42,230 nt of DNA from Myxococcota bacterium (GCA_963169575.1 CAUJGH010000231.1:1-42230), one strand, 5' to 3'. Numbered from the stretch's first letter, positions 18,639-27,386 are shown. The notes: a model not told the origin generated them from the sequence alone. Program-made: numbers and translations.

Positions 18639-19073
18639 TCAGAGCGAGAGCAGCCGGGCGAGGGGTGTGCGGCGGCGAGCGACGAGGTCGGCCACCGAGT
18701 AGCCGTCGAGCGTCTCCATGAACGCAGCGAGCGCCTCGTCGAGGATCGGCCGCAGCCCGCAGGCCGGCTCGATCCGGCACTGACTCGTGGCCGGGTCGAA
18801 GCACTCGACGAGCACCATCCTACCCTCCATTCGCCGGACCACGTCGCCGACCTTGATCCGTTCCGCCGGTCGGGCGAGTCGGATGCCTCCACCTCGACCA
18901 CGCAGGGTTTCGAGGTAGCCGGCCTGCCCGAGCTCGTGGACGACCTTCATCAGATGCCCCCTCGAGATCCCGAAGGCGTCCGAGATCTCCTCGATGGTGG
19001 CCAGGGACTCGGGCCTGACGGCGAGGAAGGTCAGCACGCGCAGGCCGTAGTCGGTGTAGCGAGTGAGCTGCAT
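18639..19073 (-). CDS. nsrR: Rrf2-family transcriptional repressor, NsrR-like (NO-sensing Fe-S regulator)
   Basis: MQLTRYTDYGLRVLTFLAV...ISRGHLMKVVHELGQAGYLETLRGRGGGIRLARP, plus three clustered Cys (ECFDPATSQCRIEPAC). Confidence 0.85.
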   Translation of the reverse strand: MQLTRYTDYGLRVLTFLAVRPESLATIEEISDAFGISRGHLMKVVHELGQAGYLETLRGRGGGIRLARPAERIKVGDVVRRMEGRMVLVECFDPATSQCRIEPACGLRPILDEALAAFMETLDGYSVADLVARRRTPLARLLSL

Positions 19074-19090
19074 GAGCCTCCTTGACTGCA

Positions 19091-19113
19091 AAGATATATC
19101 GCGGATATTGCTT
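19091..19113. promoter_or_regulatory. Candidate NsrR operator in the nsrR / rnk divergent promoter
   Basis: AAGATATATC-GCG-GATATTGCTT. The arms match each other at 8/10 positions. It has the same 10-3-10 architecture and AAGATAT core as the perfect palindrome at 21256-21288. Confidence 0.45.
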
Positions 19114-19134
19114 GGCTTTCGAGAGGGGAAAGGA

Positions 19135-19536
19135 ATGGCCCAGCCCGCACGCATCGTCCTGTCGCGCCACGATCACGACCGCCTCGAGCGGCTGCTCGAG
19201 AAGGTGGGGCCGCGTCCCGATCTCGATGCCCTGCGCGAGGAGATCGAGCGCGCGGAGGTCGTCGAGCCCGAGGCGGTGCCGAGGACGCTCGTCACGATGA
19301 ACTCGGTCGTGCGCTTCGTCGACCTGGAGTCGGGCAGGGAGAACGAGGTCAAGCTCGTCTTTCCGGCCCACGCCGATGGCGTCGATCGCGTCTCCGTGCT
19401 CGCGCCGGTCGGCAGCGCGCTGCTCGGGCTCTCGGAAGGCGACGAGATCGACTGGCCGCTTCCGCAGGACCGCAAGCGCCGGCTCCGGGTGCTCGCCGTC
19501 ACCTATCAACCGGAGGCCGCCGGCGATCCCGACTGA
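19135..19536 (+). CDS. rnk: GreA/GreB-domain protein, Rnk (regulator of nucleoside diphosphate kinase)-like
   Basis: 133 aa. MAQPARIVLSRHDHDRLERLL...VTMNSVVRFVDLESGRENEVKLVFPAHAD...VSVLAPVGSALLGLSEGDEIDW matches the Rnk / GreA C-terminal domain pattern. Confidence 0.8.
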   Translation: MAQPARIVLSRHDHDRLERLLEKVGPRPDLDALREEIERAEVVEPEAVPRTLVTMNSVVRFVDLESGRENEVKLVFPAHADGVDRVSVLAPVGSALLGLSEGDEIDWPLPQDRKRRLRVLAVTYQPEAAGDPD

Positions 19537-20000
19537 GGGTCGCGATCGGCGGCGAGCTCGGCCTCGATCCGCGGCGCGAGGGCCTGCAGCTCGGCGGATC
19601 CGCTCGCCGCGCGCTCGATCATCGGATAGAGGATCCGCTCCTCCTTGCCGTCGTGAGCGAGCAGGTGGGCCGTCAGGTCCGCGAGCGTCCGCATGCGAGC
19701 GTCGGCGTCGTTTCCGGCGAGCAGCCCGGCGAGCGAGGTCAGCAGCTCTTCCATCAGGCGATGCTCCGCACACATCACCGCGACCGGGGCGGCGGCGGTC
19801 GGCTCGCCGGCGCGCACGAAGCCGGGAAAGAGCCACTCCTCCTCGATCCGGATGTGACGATCGAAGCCACGCCGGAGCTCGGCCAGGCGGGCGAGCGCGC
19901 CGGCTGCGTCGCCGGCGGCGGCGCATCGCTTCAGCGCCGCGAGGCTCTCGTCGAGACGGCGGTGGTCGAGGGTGAGGGACGAGGTGACGCTCGGGTTCAT
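19506..20000 (-). CDS. Hemerythrin (HHE cation-binding) domain protein, DnrN/ScdA-like context
   Basis: LDHRRLDE.., FDRHIRIEEEWLFP, CAEHRLMEE, LLAHDGKEERILYP. The ATGA start/stop overlap with nnrS suggests translational coupling. Confidence 0.75.
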   Translation of the reverse strand: MNPSVTSSLTLDHRRLDESLAALKRCAAAGDAAGALARLAELRRGFDRHIRIEEEWLFPGFVRAGEPTAAAPVAVMCAEHRLMEELLTSLAGLLAGNDADARMRTLADLTAHLLAHDGKEERILYPMIERAASGSAELQALAPRIEAELAADRDPQSGSPAASG

Positions 20001-21226
20001 CCGGGGGCTCCGTCGGCGCGGGGGCGCGTGAGGATCGGCCAGTAGAGAAGGGCGAAGAGGGCGAACGCGCCGATCCAGGCCAGCCCGGCGGCGACGAGCA
20101 GCGCGAGCTGAGGGGAGCCGGAGGCGAAGGCGGCGACGACCCGGAGCAGGGCCGCGGCGTGGACGAGCCCGTAGCTCGCGACGGCCCCGGCCGGAAGCAC
20201 GAGGGGCCGACCCGTATGACCGAGGCCGACGCGCGTCATGACGGCGAGGATGGTCGTGCCGATCGCGCCGGAAGTCAGCGCGTGGAGACCGGCCGTCGGC
20301 GGCACGGCTGCTCCGAGGTCTCCGGCGGCCACGAGCAGCAGCCCGACCGCGACCCACGCCATGCCGGCATGGAGCGACCAGAGCAGCGGGTCGCGCCGCA
20401 CCGCCCAGCTGCGCCAGCCGACGAGCCGAGCCGCCGCCGCGAGGCCGGCGATCGCCGCGGCCGCGCCGCTCCAGGGGCTGCGCGGCGCCATCAGATCCGC
20501 GACGAATAGCAGCAGCGCCGCCCCGATCGCGAGTCGATCGAGCCACGCGAACGAGCGCGCGGTCTGCTTCGAGCCCCAGCGCCGCAGGGCGTTGGTCGTG
20601 AAGGCCGGCGTGATGCGACCGCCTACCACGAGCAGCAGGACGACGATGCCATCGATCCCTGCGCGCAGCGCGCGACCCGCCACGTCCGTGGGGACGAGGC
20701 CGAGGAAGCCGGCGTGCATCGTGGCGTTCGCGAGGGCCAGGAGCGATACCACGACGACGATCCCGTAGTTCCAGGTTTGGCCCGAGCCCCACAGCGTTCG
20801 CGCGAGCACGATCGCCAGCACCGGCAGGAACGAGCCGTCGATCGCGGCGGTCAGCCAACCGGGGAGCAGGTCGGCCGCCCAGAACGCCGCGCGCCCGGCG
20901 AGCCAGAGGAGCACCAATGCGGCGAGCGGGCGCCCGGCGAGCGCCGTCCCGCCGGTCCAGACCGGCACCGCCGTCGTCAGGAAGCCCGCGATCGCGGCGG
21001 CGGCGAAGCCGAAAGCCATCTCGTGGCCGTGCCACCAGAGCGGGCTCTGCCAGCTCGGCGCCCGGGCTGCGCCGAGCCAGATCGCGAGCCAGGCGCCGAC
21101 CGCGAGCGCCGCGTAGAGGCCGGTGCAGAGGAAGAAGGGCCGGAAGCCGCGCCCGAAGAGCGCCATTCCCGCCGCGGGCGGGGACTCGACATGCGCCTGC
21201 CGCAGCAGCATCTCGCTCGACCCCAC
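19997..21226 (-). CDS. nnrS: NnrS-family heme/copper membrane protein (NO stress response)
   Basis: LFGRGFRPFFLCTGLYAAL...WHGHEMAFGFAAAAIAGFLTTAVPVWTG, multi-TM throughout. An alternative start lies at the internal MALFGRG. Confidence 0.85.
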   Translation of the reverse strand: MGSSEMLLRQAHVESPPAAGMALFGRGFRPFFLCTGLYAALAVGAWLAIWLGAARAPSWQSPLWWHGHEMAFGFAAAAIAGFLTTAVPVWTGGTALAGRPLAALVLLWLAGRAAFWAADLLPGWLTAAIDGSFLPVLAIVLARTLWGSGQTWNYGIVVVVSLLALANATMHAGFLGLVPTDVAGRALRAGIDGIVVLLLVVGGRITPAFTTNALRRWGSKQTARSFAWLDRLAIGAALLLFVADLMAPRSPWSGAAAAIAGLAAAARLVGWRSWAVRRDPLLWSLHAGMAWVAVGLLLVAAGDLGAAVPPTAGLHALTSGAIGTTILAVMTRVGLGHTGRPLVLPAGAVASYGLVHAAALLRVVAAFASGSPQLALLVAAGLAWIGAFALFALLYWPILTRPRADGAPG

Positions 21227-21255
21227 GGCTCCCCTGCCTCCCGCCTGGTCTGTGC

Positions 21256-21288
21256 CGATAAAGATATACCAGCGGTATATCTTTATCG
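21256..21288. promoter_or_regulatory. Perfect 15-3-15 palindrome upstream of nnrS, candidate NsrR operator
   Basis: CGATAAAGATATACC-AGC-GGTATATCTTTATCG, read directly, 30 nt upstream of the nnrS ATG. It is a strikingly AT-rich island in GC-rich DNA. Confidence 0.55.
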
Positions 21289-21304
21289 CAAACCGCGCCC
21301 GGGG

Positions 21305-21386
21305 CCGGACGGGCCTCGCGGCGGGCCGGTTGACCTAAATGATCTTCGCGGCGGTGCGGAAAAGGCCTCTTGTGCTTCCTATCCGC
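21305..21386 (+). repeat. R repeat copy 1 (82 bp, full length)
   Basis: CCGGACGGGCCTCGCGGCGGGCCGGTTGACCTAAATGATCTTCGCGGCGGTGCGGAAAAGGCCTCTTGTGCTTCCTATCCGC. It differs from copy 3 at 5/82 positions. Confidence 0.8.
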
Positions 21387-21392
21387 GCGATC

Positions 21393-21728
21393 ATGGGCTG
21401 GGACGTTCAGTTCCAGTCGTTTCGCCCATCGCCGTGGGCGCTCTGCCTCCTGGTCGATGGTGCGTGGTTGCTGGTGTTCGCCACGCTTTGGCGCGGTTCG
21501 GGCAGCGCGGCCGAAGGCTGCGCCATTCTCGCGAAGCTCGCGCCGGATCCGTACCAGGGCCAGGGAGGACCCGATGGCTGGCCGAAGCGGCACCGCGTCC
21601 AGAACCTGTACGGTGAACCGGTCGACGCACGCCGGCCCGGCAGGGACCACCCGGCGCCGATCCTCCGCTACGAGTGGTGGCCCGATCGCGCCGAAGGGCG
21701 GTGCGATGGCAGCCGATTCCCGGCGCGT
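21393..21728 (+). pseudogene. Truncated, internally deleted paralog of the membrane-protein gene at 27966-28778
   Basis: MGWDVQFQSFRPSPWALCLLVDGAWLLVFATLWRGSG/SAAEGCAILAKLAPDPY...LRYEWWPDRAEGRCDGSRFPAR aligns to the C-terminal half of the full copy. About 62 codons are missing. The stop is lost (TGG instead of TGA at 21729). Confidence 0.6.
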
Positions 21729-21805
21729 TGGACCTGGCCAGAGCGTCGGCGGGCGCCACGGAGCCTCGTCCGGCAAGGGCATGGGACCGGACTCGCGAGA
21801 CGGAA

Positions 21806-21850
21806 TGGATCCCCGACGTGGATTCGAACCACGATTAACAGAGTCAGAAT
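21806..21850 (-). pseudogene. 3' 45 nt of tRNA-Gln(CUG) (anticodon loop to CCA), a partial duplicate
   Basis: Identical to 32156-32200. Identity stops at the last base of the 5' strand of the anticodon stem. Confidence 0.8.
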
Positions 21851-21985
21851 TTCTTACAGGAGTTTTGTACCGATTCGCATGGGCCCGCAGGCCCTAGAAG
21901 TCGCCCAAGGCGCGAATCTCTGCAGCCTTCAGCAGGGTTCAGCCCACGTTTGCAGACCCGATGGCCGTCAATTGGCCGTCAACCA

Positions 21986-22301
21986 TCAACTCTTGCGTCG
22001 CGCCGCTTCTTTAGAGAGCCCGATCAGCCCGAGCACTCCGGCTCCGATCATCACTGCAAGCCCCGGCTCCGGCGCCGCATCGTGAAGCTTCGAATCGACG
22101 ACGGCAACGCGTTGCCCCGCCCGCCTCGCATCCCGGTGCATCGTACGGGGTCGCCATCACCTCGTGGATCCCGTTCTCGTCGAGGCCGTCGGCGTCCGAG
22201 TCGAGCTGGTCCGGCCTGACGTCCGGGGGCACGAAAACGGGAACGCCAGGCGAGGCGATGCCGCCCGCTGTGTCGGAACTGCGCGGCTGTCGAGGGTGCA
22301 C
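21986..22301 (-). pseudogene. Frameshifted remnant of a small PEP-CTERM protein
   Basis: Hand translation of the 3' end gives ..VAVVDSKLHDAAPEPGLAVMIGAGVLGLIGLSKEAARRKS* (PEP motif, TM helix, basic tail). The upstream part (..DQLDSDADGLDENGIHEV..) is in another frame and has no signal peptide. Confidence 0.4.
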
Positions 22302-22305
22302 GAAG

Positions 22306-23331
22306 TCACGCGCGTCGAGGGCGTCGCGCGTCGCGTCCGCTCCCGGAGCCGGGTTGCCAGCGCGAACCCGTGAACAGGGCGCCGATCGCCGCCAGCGCGT
22401 CGCGCATGCGCTCGTCGGGTCCGCCGCGCAGGCGGCGTACGGGCGTCGCCCTGCGCGCGAGGGCCTCGAGGAACCAGTCCTGCATCGCGTGTCGAATGAT
22501 TTCGCCGTCGCGGATGCCGTCCTGGACGAAGGGGATCTCGTCGCCGGTCAGCAAGTAGAGGTCGCAGCGGCTGCGATCGCCGATCGCGTCGACCTCGGGG
22601 TCGTGGTGGCCGAGGTAGCGGCGGGTCCAGAGCGTGGTCGCGAAGGCGTTCGTGTCGCAGACGACGATCCGGTTCGCGGTCCGGGCCGCCGCGTCTTCGC
22701 GTCGCTGCTGTTCGAGAGCAATCGCGACGAAATCCTCCCGCGACCAGCGCGTGTCGCCTCGCGCATACTTCGCCTCTGTGAGCTCGCGTCCGTATTCGGG
22801 GACCCAGACGGTCTCGAGCCGCCGGGCGAGCGCCTCGGCGAGCGTCGTCTTGCCCGTCGACTCGGCGCCGACCAGGCAGACGCGCTTCGCATACCAACCG
22901 CGCACGGGAGGCGGCAGCTGATCCCAGCTCGCATGCGGATCTGCGCGGACCGCCGTCCCCGAGATCGGGAAGCGTGTGCGAGCGCGATCGACGAGGACGT
23001 GCTCGCAGCCCATCTCTCGCGCCCAGGCCTCGCCGTAATCCTCCGACGTGAACGCCACGTCCGGGCGCCCGCCGAGCCAGCCGATCGTCAGCTCGGCCCA
23101 GAGCCGGGAGTCGTCGGCGTCGTAGACGTCCTCGATCTTGCGGATGCGCGCCCACGGATGGAGCTCGCGCAGCCACGCGACCCGCTCTGCCCCGGGGATC
23201 GGATCGTCGACCCGCTCGCAGACGATCACGTCGAGCGCCTCGCAGCCGGCGAGTGCCGTTTCGATCAACAGCGCGTGGCCGCGATGGGGCGGAAGGAACT
23301 TCCCGACGACCACGCCCCGTCTCGCCCTCAT
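22306..23331 (-). CDS. nadR: NadR-like bifunctional NMN adenylyltransferase / ribosylnicotinamide kinase (no N-terminal HTH)
   Basis: Start MRARRGVVVGKFLPPHRGH (nucleotidyltransferase HxGH motif). Walker A is VGAESTGKTT in the second half. ATGA overlap with the pnuC stop. Confidence 0.85.
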   Translation of the reverse strand: MRARRGVVVGKFLPPHRGHALLIETALAGCEALDVIVCERVDDPIPGAERVAWLRELHPWARIRKIEDVYDADDSRLWAELTIGWLGGRPDVAFTSEDYGEAWAREMGCEHVLVDRARTRFPISGTAVRADPHASWDQLPPPVRGWYAKRVCLVGAESTGKTTLAEALARRLETVWVPEYGRELTEAKYARGDTRWSREDFVAIALEQQRREDAAARTANRIVVCDTNAFATTLWTRRYLGHHDPEVDAIGDRSRCDLYLLTGDEIPFVQDGIRDGEIIRHAMQDWFLEALARRATPVRRLRGGPDERMRDALAAIGALFTGSRWQPGSGSGRDARRPRRA

Positions 23332-23909
23332 GCCCGCCCCTCGCCTGCGATCAGGATGCGCCGCCAATCGCGCCAGCCGACGACGCACATCGCGAGGAAG
23401 ACCGCATAGAGCACGGCCGTCAGGACGAGGCCGCGGCTCAGGTAGAGGGGGACGTAGATCAGGTCGGTCAAGATCCAGAGCGCCCAGTTCTCGAGGCGCT
23501 TGCGGGCGAGCAGGAGCTGGGCGGCGAGGCTGAGCGCGGTCGTCAGGGCATCGAAGAACGGGGCGGCCCCGCCGCTCGCGACGAGGATTTCGCGCAGCCC
23601 GAGCGTCGTCGCGGGTAGAGCCGCGAGTAGCCCGATCCACTCCGCGCGGCGCGCGCGCGTGATCGCGGGTCCGGAACCGTCCCGCTTCGCGACCCAGATC
23701 CACCAGCCATAACAGCCGAGCGCGAAGTAGACCGTCTGGAGCGCCATGTCCGCATACAGACGTGCGTCGTAGAACAACGCGAAGAAGAGCGCGTTGTTGG
23801 CGAGGCCGACGGGCCAGGTCAGCACGTGTCGTCGGACTGCGAGCCAGACGCAGGCGCCGCCCGTTAGGAATCCCAGGACCTCGGTCCATGAAGTGTCGAA
23901 CAGGTCCAC
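23328..23909 (-). CDS. pnuC: PnuC nicotinamide riboside transporter
   Basis: WTEVLGFLTGGACVWLAVRRHVLTWPVGLANNALFFALFYDARLYADMALQTVYFALGCYGWWIW, a typical PnuC pattern; 193 aa with multiple TM segments. Confidence 0.85.
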   Translation of the reverse strand: MDLFDTSWTEVLGFLTGGACVWLAVRRHVLTWPVGLANNALFFALFYDARLYADMALQTVYFALGCYGWWIWVAKRDGSGPAITRARRAEWIGLLAALPATTLGLREILVASGGAAPFFDALTTALSLAAQLLLARKRLENWALWILTDLIYVPLYLSRGLVLTAVLYAVFLAMCVVGWRDWRRILIAGEGRA

Positions 23910-23937
23910 GGCCTTCGTTTTCGCTCCGCCGCCGACT

Positions 23938-24147
23938 CTAGACGTTCCAGCGCGCGGTCGTCACACGGTCCAACAGGGTCCGGTCCGCAAAGGCGCCGGT
24001 TCGGGACGCGACGAGCCAGTGGCTCCACGACAGCGAGAGAAGGTCGCCCCGGACCATCGCGAGCAGGCAGGCCGTCGTCCCCTCGGCGTACTGCTCCACG
24101 AAGGGTCCGAGATGCTCGCGCAAGCCGCTATTCGGTCGGGCCGCCAT
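23938..24147 (-). CDS. Small hypothetical protein (69 aa)
   Basis: Fills the gap between the hydrolase gene and pnuC on the same strand and ends 28 nt before the pnuC start. No recognisable motif. Confidence 0.3.
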   Translation of the reverse strand: MAARPNSGLREHLGPFVEQYAEGTTACLLAMVRGDLLSLSWSHWLVASRTGAFADRTLLDRVTTARWNV

Positions 24148-24187
24148 CGCTCGCTCCGAGCGTTGGATGCCGCTCTTCTCTGCCGGG

Positions 24188-25105
24188 TCACCCGCGGCCG
24201 AGCAGCTTCGCGACGAGGAAGTCGCGGCCCTGCTCGGCCAGCTGCTCGAGCCGGGACTGGTTGCTGTAGAGGGTCATATGGGAGGTGTCGCGGCAGAGGA
24301 AGAGGCGTTTGTCGGGGGTCGCGATCTGGTTGAAGACGTCGATCTCCTCCTCCCAGAGCGTGATGTCGTCCTGCTCGGCGACGCTCATCAAGACCGGCGT
24401 GCGCAGGATCCGCCTCAGGAAGGGCCGGACGTCGTAGCTCATCAGGAGCTCCGTCGAGGCGATCGTGTTCCAGTGTTCGTGGGTCGGGGCGACGGAATCC
24501 TTGAACTGGAGGAAGGCGCTCGTCACCTCGGGAAAGGGCCAGGTCGAGAGCTCGCGTGCCGGGTCGGGCGTCGACATCGGCATCGTCCCAAGCACGCCGG
24601 TCGAGAGGCGCTTGCGACGGTCCTCGAGGATCAGCGCTTCGAGCCGGCGGAAGGCGAGGGCGCCGTGGACGCTCTGCATCGTCCGCCAGCCGTCGACGAC
24701 GGGGATGTTCGAGACGACGCACTGCACGCGCGGGTCCGTCGCGGCGACGACGAGGACGTGGCCGCCGCTGTATGAGATCCCCCAGACCCCGATGCGCGAC
24801 GCGTCGAGCTCGGGACGCGTCTCGACGAAGCTGATCGCGTTCTTGTAGTCGTCGATCTGGGCCCAGGGATCGACGTGCTGGCGGGGCTCTCCCTCGCTCG
24901 TCCCGAAGCCCCGATAGTCGAAGACCAGCGCGGCGATGCCGGCCCCGGCGAAGACCCGCGCGTACTCGGGCTGGACCAGCTCCTTGACATAACACCATCC
25001 CCCCGCCATCACGACGACCGGATGCGGGCCCGGCCCGGCCGGGAGATAGAGATGGGCGCGAATCGTCGTGCCCGCGCTCTGGAACGCGACGTCGAGGGGC
25101 TGCAT
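24188..25105 (-). CDS. Alpha/beta hydrolase (dienelactone-hydrolase/peptidase S15-like)
   Basis: Start MQPLDVAFQSAG... Contains PVVVMAGGW, FDYRGFGTSEG and the nucleophile elbow GISYSGG. Confidence 0.8.
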   Translation of the reverse strand: MQPLDVAFQSAGTTIRAHLYLPAGPGPHPVVVMAGGWCYVKELVQPEYARVFAGAGIAALVFDYRGFGTSEGEPRQHVDPWAQIDDYKNAISFVETRPELDASRIGVWGISYSGGHVLVVAATDPRVQCVVSNIPVVDGWRTMQSVHGALAFRRLEALILEDRRKRLSTGVLGTMPMSTPDPARELSTWPFPEVTSAFLQFKDSVAPTHEHWNTIASTELLMSYDVRPFLRRILRTPVLMSVAEQDDITLWEEEIDVFNQIATPDKRLFLCRDTSHMTLYSNQSRLEQLAEQGRDFLVAKLLGRG

Positions 25106-25212
25106 GGGGATCCTTTCGCGCGGATGCGGAGGGCTTCTCGAGACGGCTAGAGTGGCCGATGCCCCGTCGGTCGACAAATCGCAGACGGACGGCCAGACGA
25201 GAGGAGGATCCG

Positions 25213-26343
25213 ATGGAGGCGCTCGAACCGACCGCGGCGCTGGCGCGCGAGGCTGCAGCCCACCTGAACGAACACGGCTATGCGATCCTCGATCGGATCG
25301 CGGATCCCGCGATCATGGATCGGCTGCAGGCGGAGGTGAAGCCCTGGGCCGACCGGGCCGAGCGTCTCCAGCTCAAGTTCTTCGGCGGGGGGCTCCGCAA
25401 GGTCGAGTCGGTCCTCACGAAGTCGCGGGCCTTCGTGACGCTGCTCGCGCATCCGGTCCTCCATGCGCTGAACGAGCGGATCCTCGGGCCCGAGTCGCTC
25501 CTCAACGGCTCCTCGGTCTTCATCCTCGAGCAGGGCGGCCGCGAGCAGACGATCCATACCGACGGTGCCATCTACGAGCCGATGCTGCCGCGCACGCCCG
25601 GTGGGCCCCACTTCCTGCTCGTCTACATGTGGGCCGTCACTGACTTCACGCAGGAGAACGGTGCGACGCGCGTGATCCCGGGCAGCCATCTCTGGCCCGC
25701 CGGGCGTCATCCGCGGCCCGACGATCCGGTCGAGTATCTCGAGATGAAGAAGGGCTCGGTCGCGGTCTGGCTCGGCTCGACCTTCCATGCGGCGAGCTCG
25801 AACCACACGCCGGCGGCGCGGATCGGCACCCAGATGGGCTTCAACTGCGGCTGGCTTCGGCCCCATGAGGCGAACCTTCTGCTGGTCCCGCCGCTCGTCG
25901 CCCGCGACATGCCGCTCGCCGTCCAGGAGGTCCTCGGCTACCGCGCCTATCGCGGGATGCTCGGCTGCATCGAGCAGCAGAGCCCCGGCGAGTGGCTCGG
26001 GATCCAGGCGAGCCTCGGCTCGAAGAGCAATCAAGTCGCCGCGACCCCCGATCCCTTCGACGTCGAAGCCTGCACGCGCGACTACTTCGCGTCCCGCGCG
26101 CTTCCCATTCCGTCCGACGTGCAGAGCGAGCTCGACCAGCTCGCGGCGACGAACGCCGCCCGCGCCGCCGCCTCCTCCGAGGACGACCGCGAGGTCCTCG
26201 AGGTCGTGGCGCGCTCGCAGTCGCGGCATCTCGTGAGCCACGTGCTCGCGGGAGAGGACGCGGCGCTCGCCGACGCCCTGCGCCAGCTGCCCATCGCGAC
26301 CGCCGAGACCGCCACCCATTCGCATGCCAGGGAGACCCGATGA
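25213..26343 (+). CDS. Phytanoyl-CoA dioxygenase (PhyH)-family Fe(II)/2OG oxygenase
   Basis: Start MEALEP after GAGGAGGA. Contains GYAILDRI..., QTIHTDG (HxD), NGATRVIPGSHLW and a later H in STFHAASSN. Confidence 0.8.
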   Translation: MEALEPTAALAREAAAHLNEHGYAILDRIADPAIMDRLQAEVKPWADRAERLQLKFFGGGLRKVESVLTKSRAFVTLLAHPVLHALNERILGPESLLNGSSVFILEQGGREQTIHTDGAIYEPMLPRTPGGPHFLLVYMWAVTDFTQENGATRVIPGSHLWPAGRHPRPDDPVEYLEMKKGSVAVWLGSTFHAASSNHTPAARIGTQMGFNCGWLRPHEANLLLVPPLVARDMPLAVQEVLGYRAYRGMLGCIEQQSPGEWLGIQASLGSKSNQVAATPDPFDVEACTRDYFASRALPIPSDVQSELDQLAATNAARAAASSEDDREVLEVVARSQSRHLVSHVLAGEDAALADALRQLPIATAETATHSHARETR

Positions 26344-27269
26344 GCAAGACCGATGACCGTCCGTATCGAGCCGCAGTCTGCACCGTGACGCCCTATGACG
26401 ACGCCGGCCGCCTCGACGAGGCGGCGGTCGTCACCCTCGTCGAAAGCATCGCGAGCCGCGGCCTCGCCCTCGCGATCGGAACCGCATCCCCGGGCGAAGG
26501 CTTCGCGATGTCGCTCGACGAGACCGCGACCTTCTACGAGCTCGTGGTCCGCACGGCCGCCGGTCGCGTCCCCGTCTGCGCCATGGGCGTCGAGCCGCGC
26601 AATGCGAACCAGCTGCGGCCGATGGTGCGCGTCGCCGAAAAGGCGAAGGTCGACGTCATGCAGCTCTACACGGTCGACCCCGGCCACTCGATGAAGCTGA
26701 CCGACCGCGAGCTCGAGCGCTATTTCGCGACGCTGCTCGGCGAGATGACGATCCCCGCCGCGATCTCGACCCATGTCTACAACGGCCTCGTCCCGCTCCC
26801 GGTGCTCGCCCGGCTGCTCGACGCCTTCCCGAACATCGTGCGGATCCACTGCACGAGCGAGGTCAACTATCTCCATCAGCTCGTCCAGATCGTCGCGGAC
26901 CGCTGCGAGATCCTGGTCGGCGGCCCGATGCAAGCGCTCTCGACCCTCGCCATCGGGGGGCACGGCTTCCTCTGCTCCGAGGGCAACATCGCGCCCGTCG
27001 TCTGCAGCGAGCTCCAGAGCGCGATCCGCGCCGGGGATCTCGAGGCGGCGAAGGCCGCCTATCGCCAGCTGAACGGCGTCTTCAGCCTCAACATCTGGCC
27101 GGGGGGAACCGTCCGCTTCCTGAAGACGGCGATGCGCCTGCTCGGCCTGCCCGGCTCGGCGACGCGGCCGCCCTTCGAGCCGCTCGACGAAGCGGCGACG
27201 GCGATCGCGCTCCGCGCGATGCGCGCGCTCGACCTGCCGGAGTGGCGGGGGCGGTTGGCGGAGGGTTGA
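26340..27269 (+). CDS. Dihydrodipicolinate synthase / N-acetylneuraminate lyase family (class I aldolase) protein
   Basis: ATGA overlap with the PhyH stop. The 309-aa length and TIM-barrel-like pattern (AAVCTVTPYDDAGRLDEAAVVTLVESIASRGL..) fit the family. The exact subfamily is not recognisable. Confidence 0.7.
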   Translation: MSKTDDRPYRAAVCTVTPYDDAGRLDEAAVVTLVESIASRGLALAIGTASPGEGFAMSLDETATFYELVVRTAAGRVPVCAMGVEPRNANQLRPMVRVAEKAKVDVMQLYTVDPGHSMKLTDRELERYFATLLGEMTIPAAISTHVYNGLVPLPVLARLLDAFPNIVRIHCTSEVNYLHQLVQIVADRCEILVGGPMQALSTLAIGGHGFLCSEGNIAPVVCSELQSAIRAGDLEAAKAAYRQLNGVFSLNIWPGGTVRFLKTAMRLLGLPGSATRPPFEPLDEAATAIALRAMRALDLPEWRGRLAEG

Positions 27270-27386
27270 GGGGCGGCGATCGCTCCGCTCATCGCCCCGA
27301 TGGGGTCCCGGCGGATGCCCAACCTTCCTCGTTTCGGTGAACGTGAGATCCGGACGGATCTCGGATGGGGCGTGCTCGCCCATTGA

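Noticed and set aside
21305-21386. R repeats as coding sequence (they translate to PDGPRGGPVDLNDLRGGAEKASCASYP on the plus strand and KHKRPFPHRREDHLGQPARREARP on the minus strand)
   Set aside because: The copies sit in different frames relative to their neighbours, one is truncated, and copy 2 changes at all codon positions. The apparent peptides are a by-product of long open frames.
20001-21782. Upper part of the 758-aa ORF 19506-21782, and the many Arg-rich ORFs overlapping nnrS
   Set aside because: Only the last 164 codons (the hemerythrin domain) look real. The rest overlaps nnrS out of frame and then reads through the palindrome, R repeat and gene X fragment.
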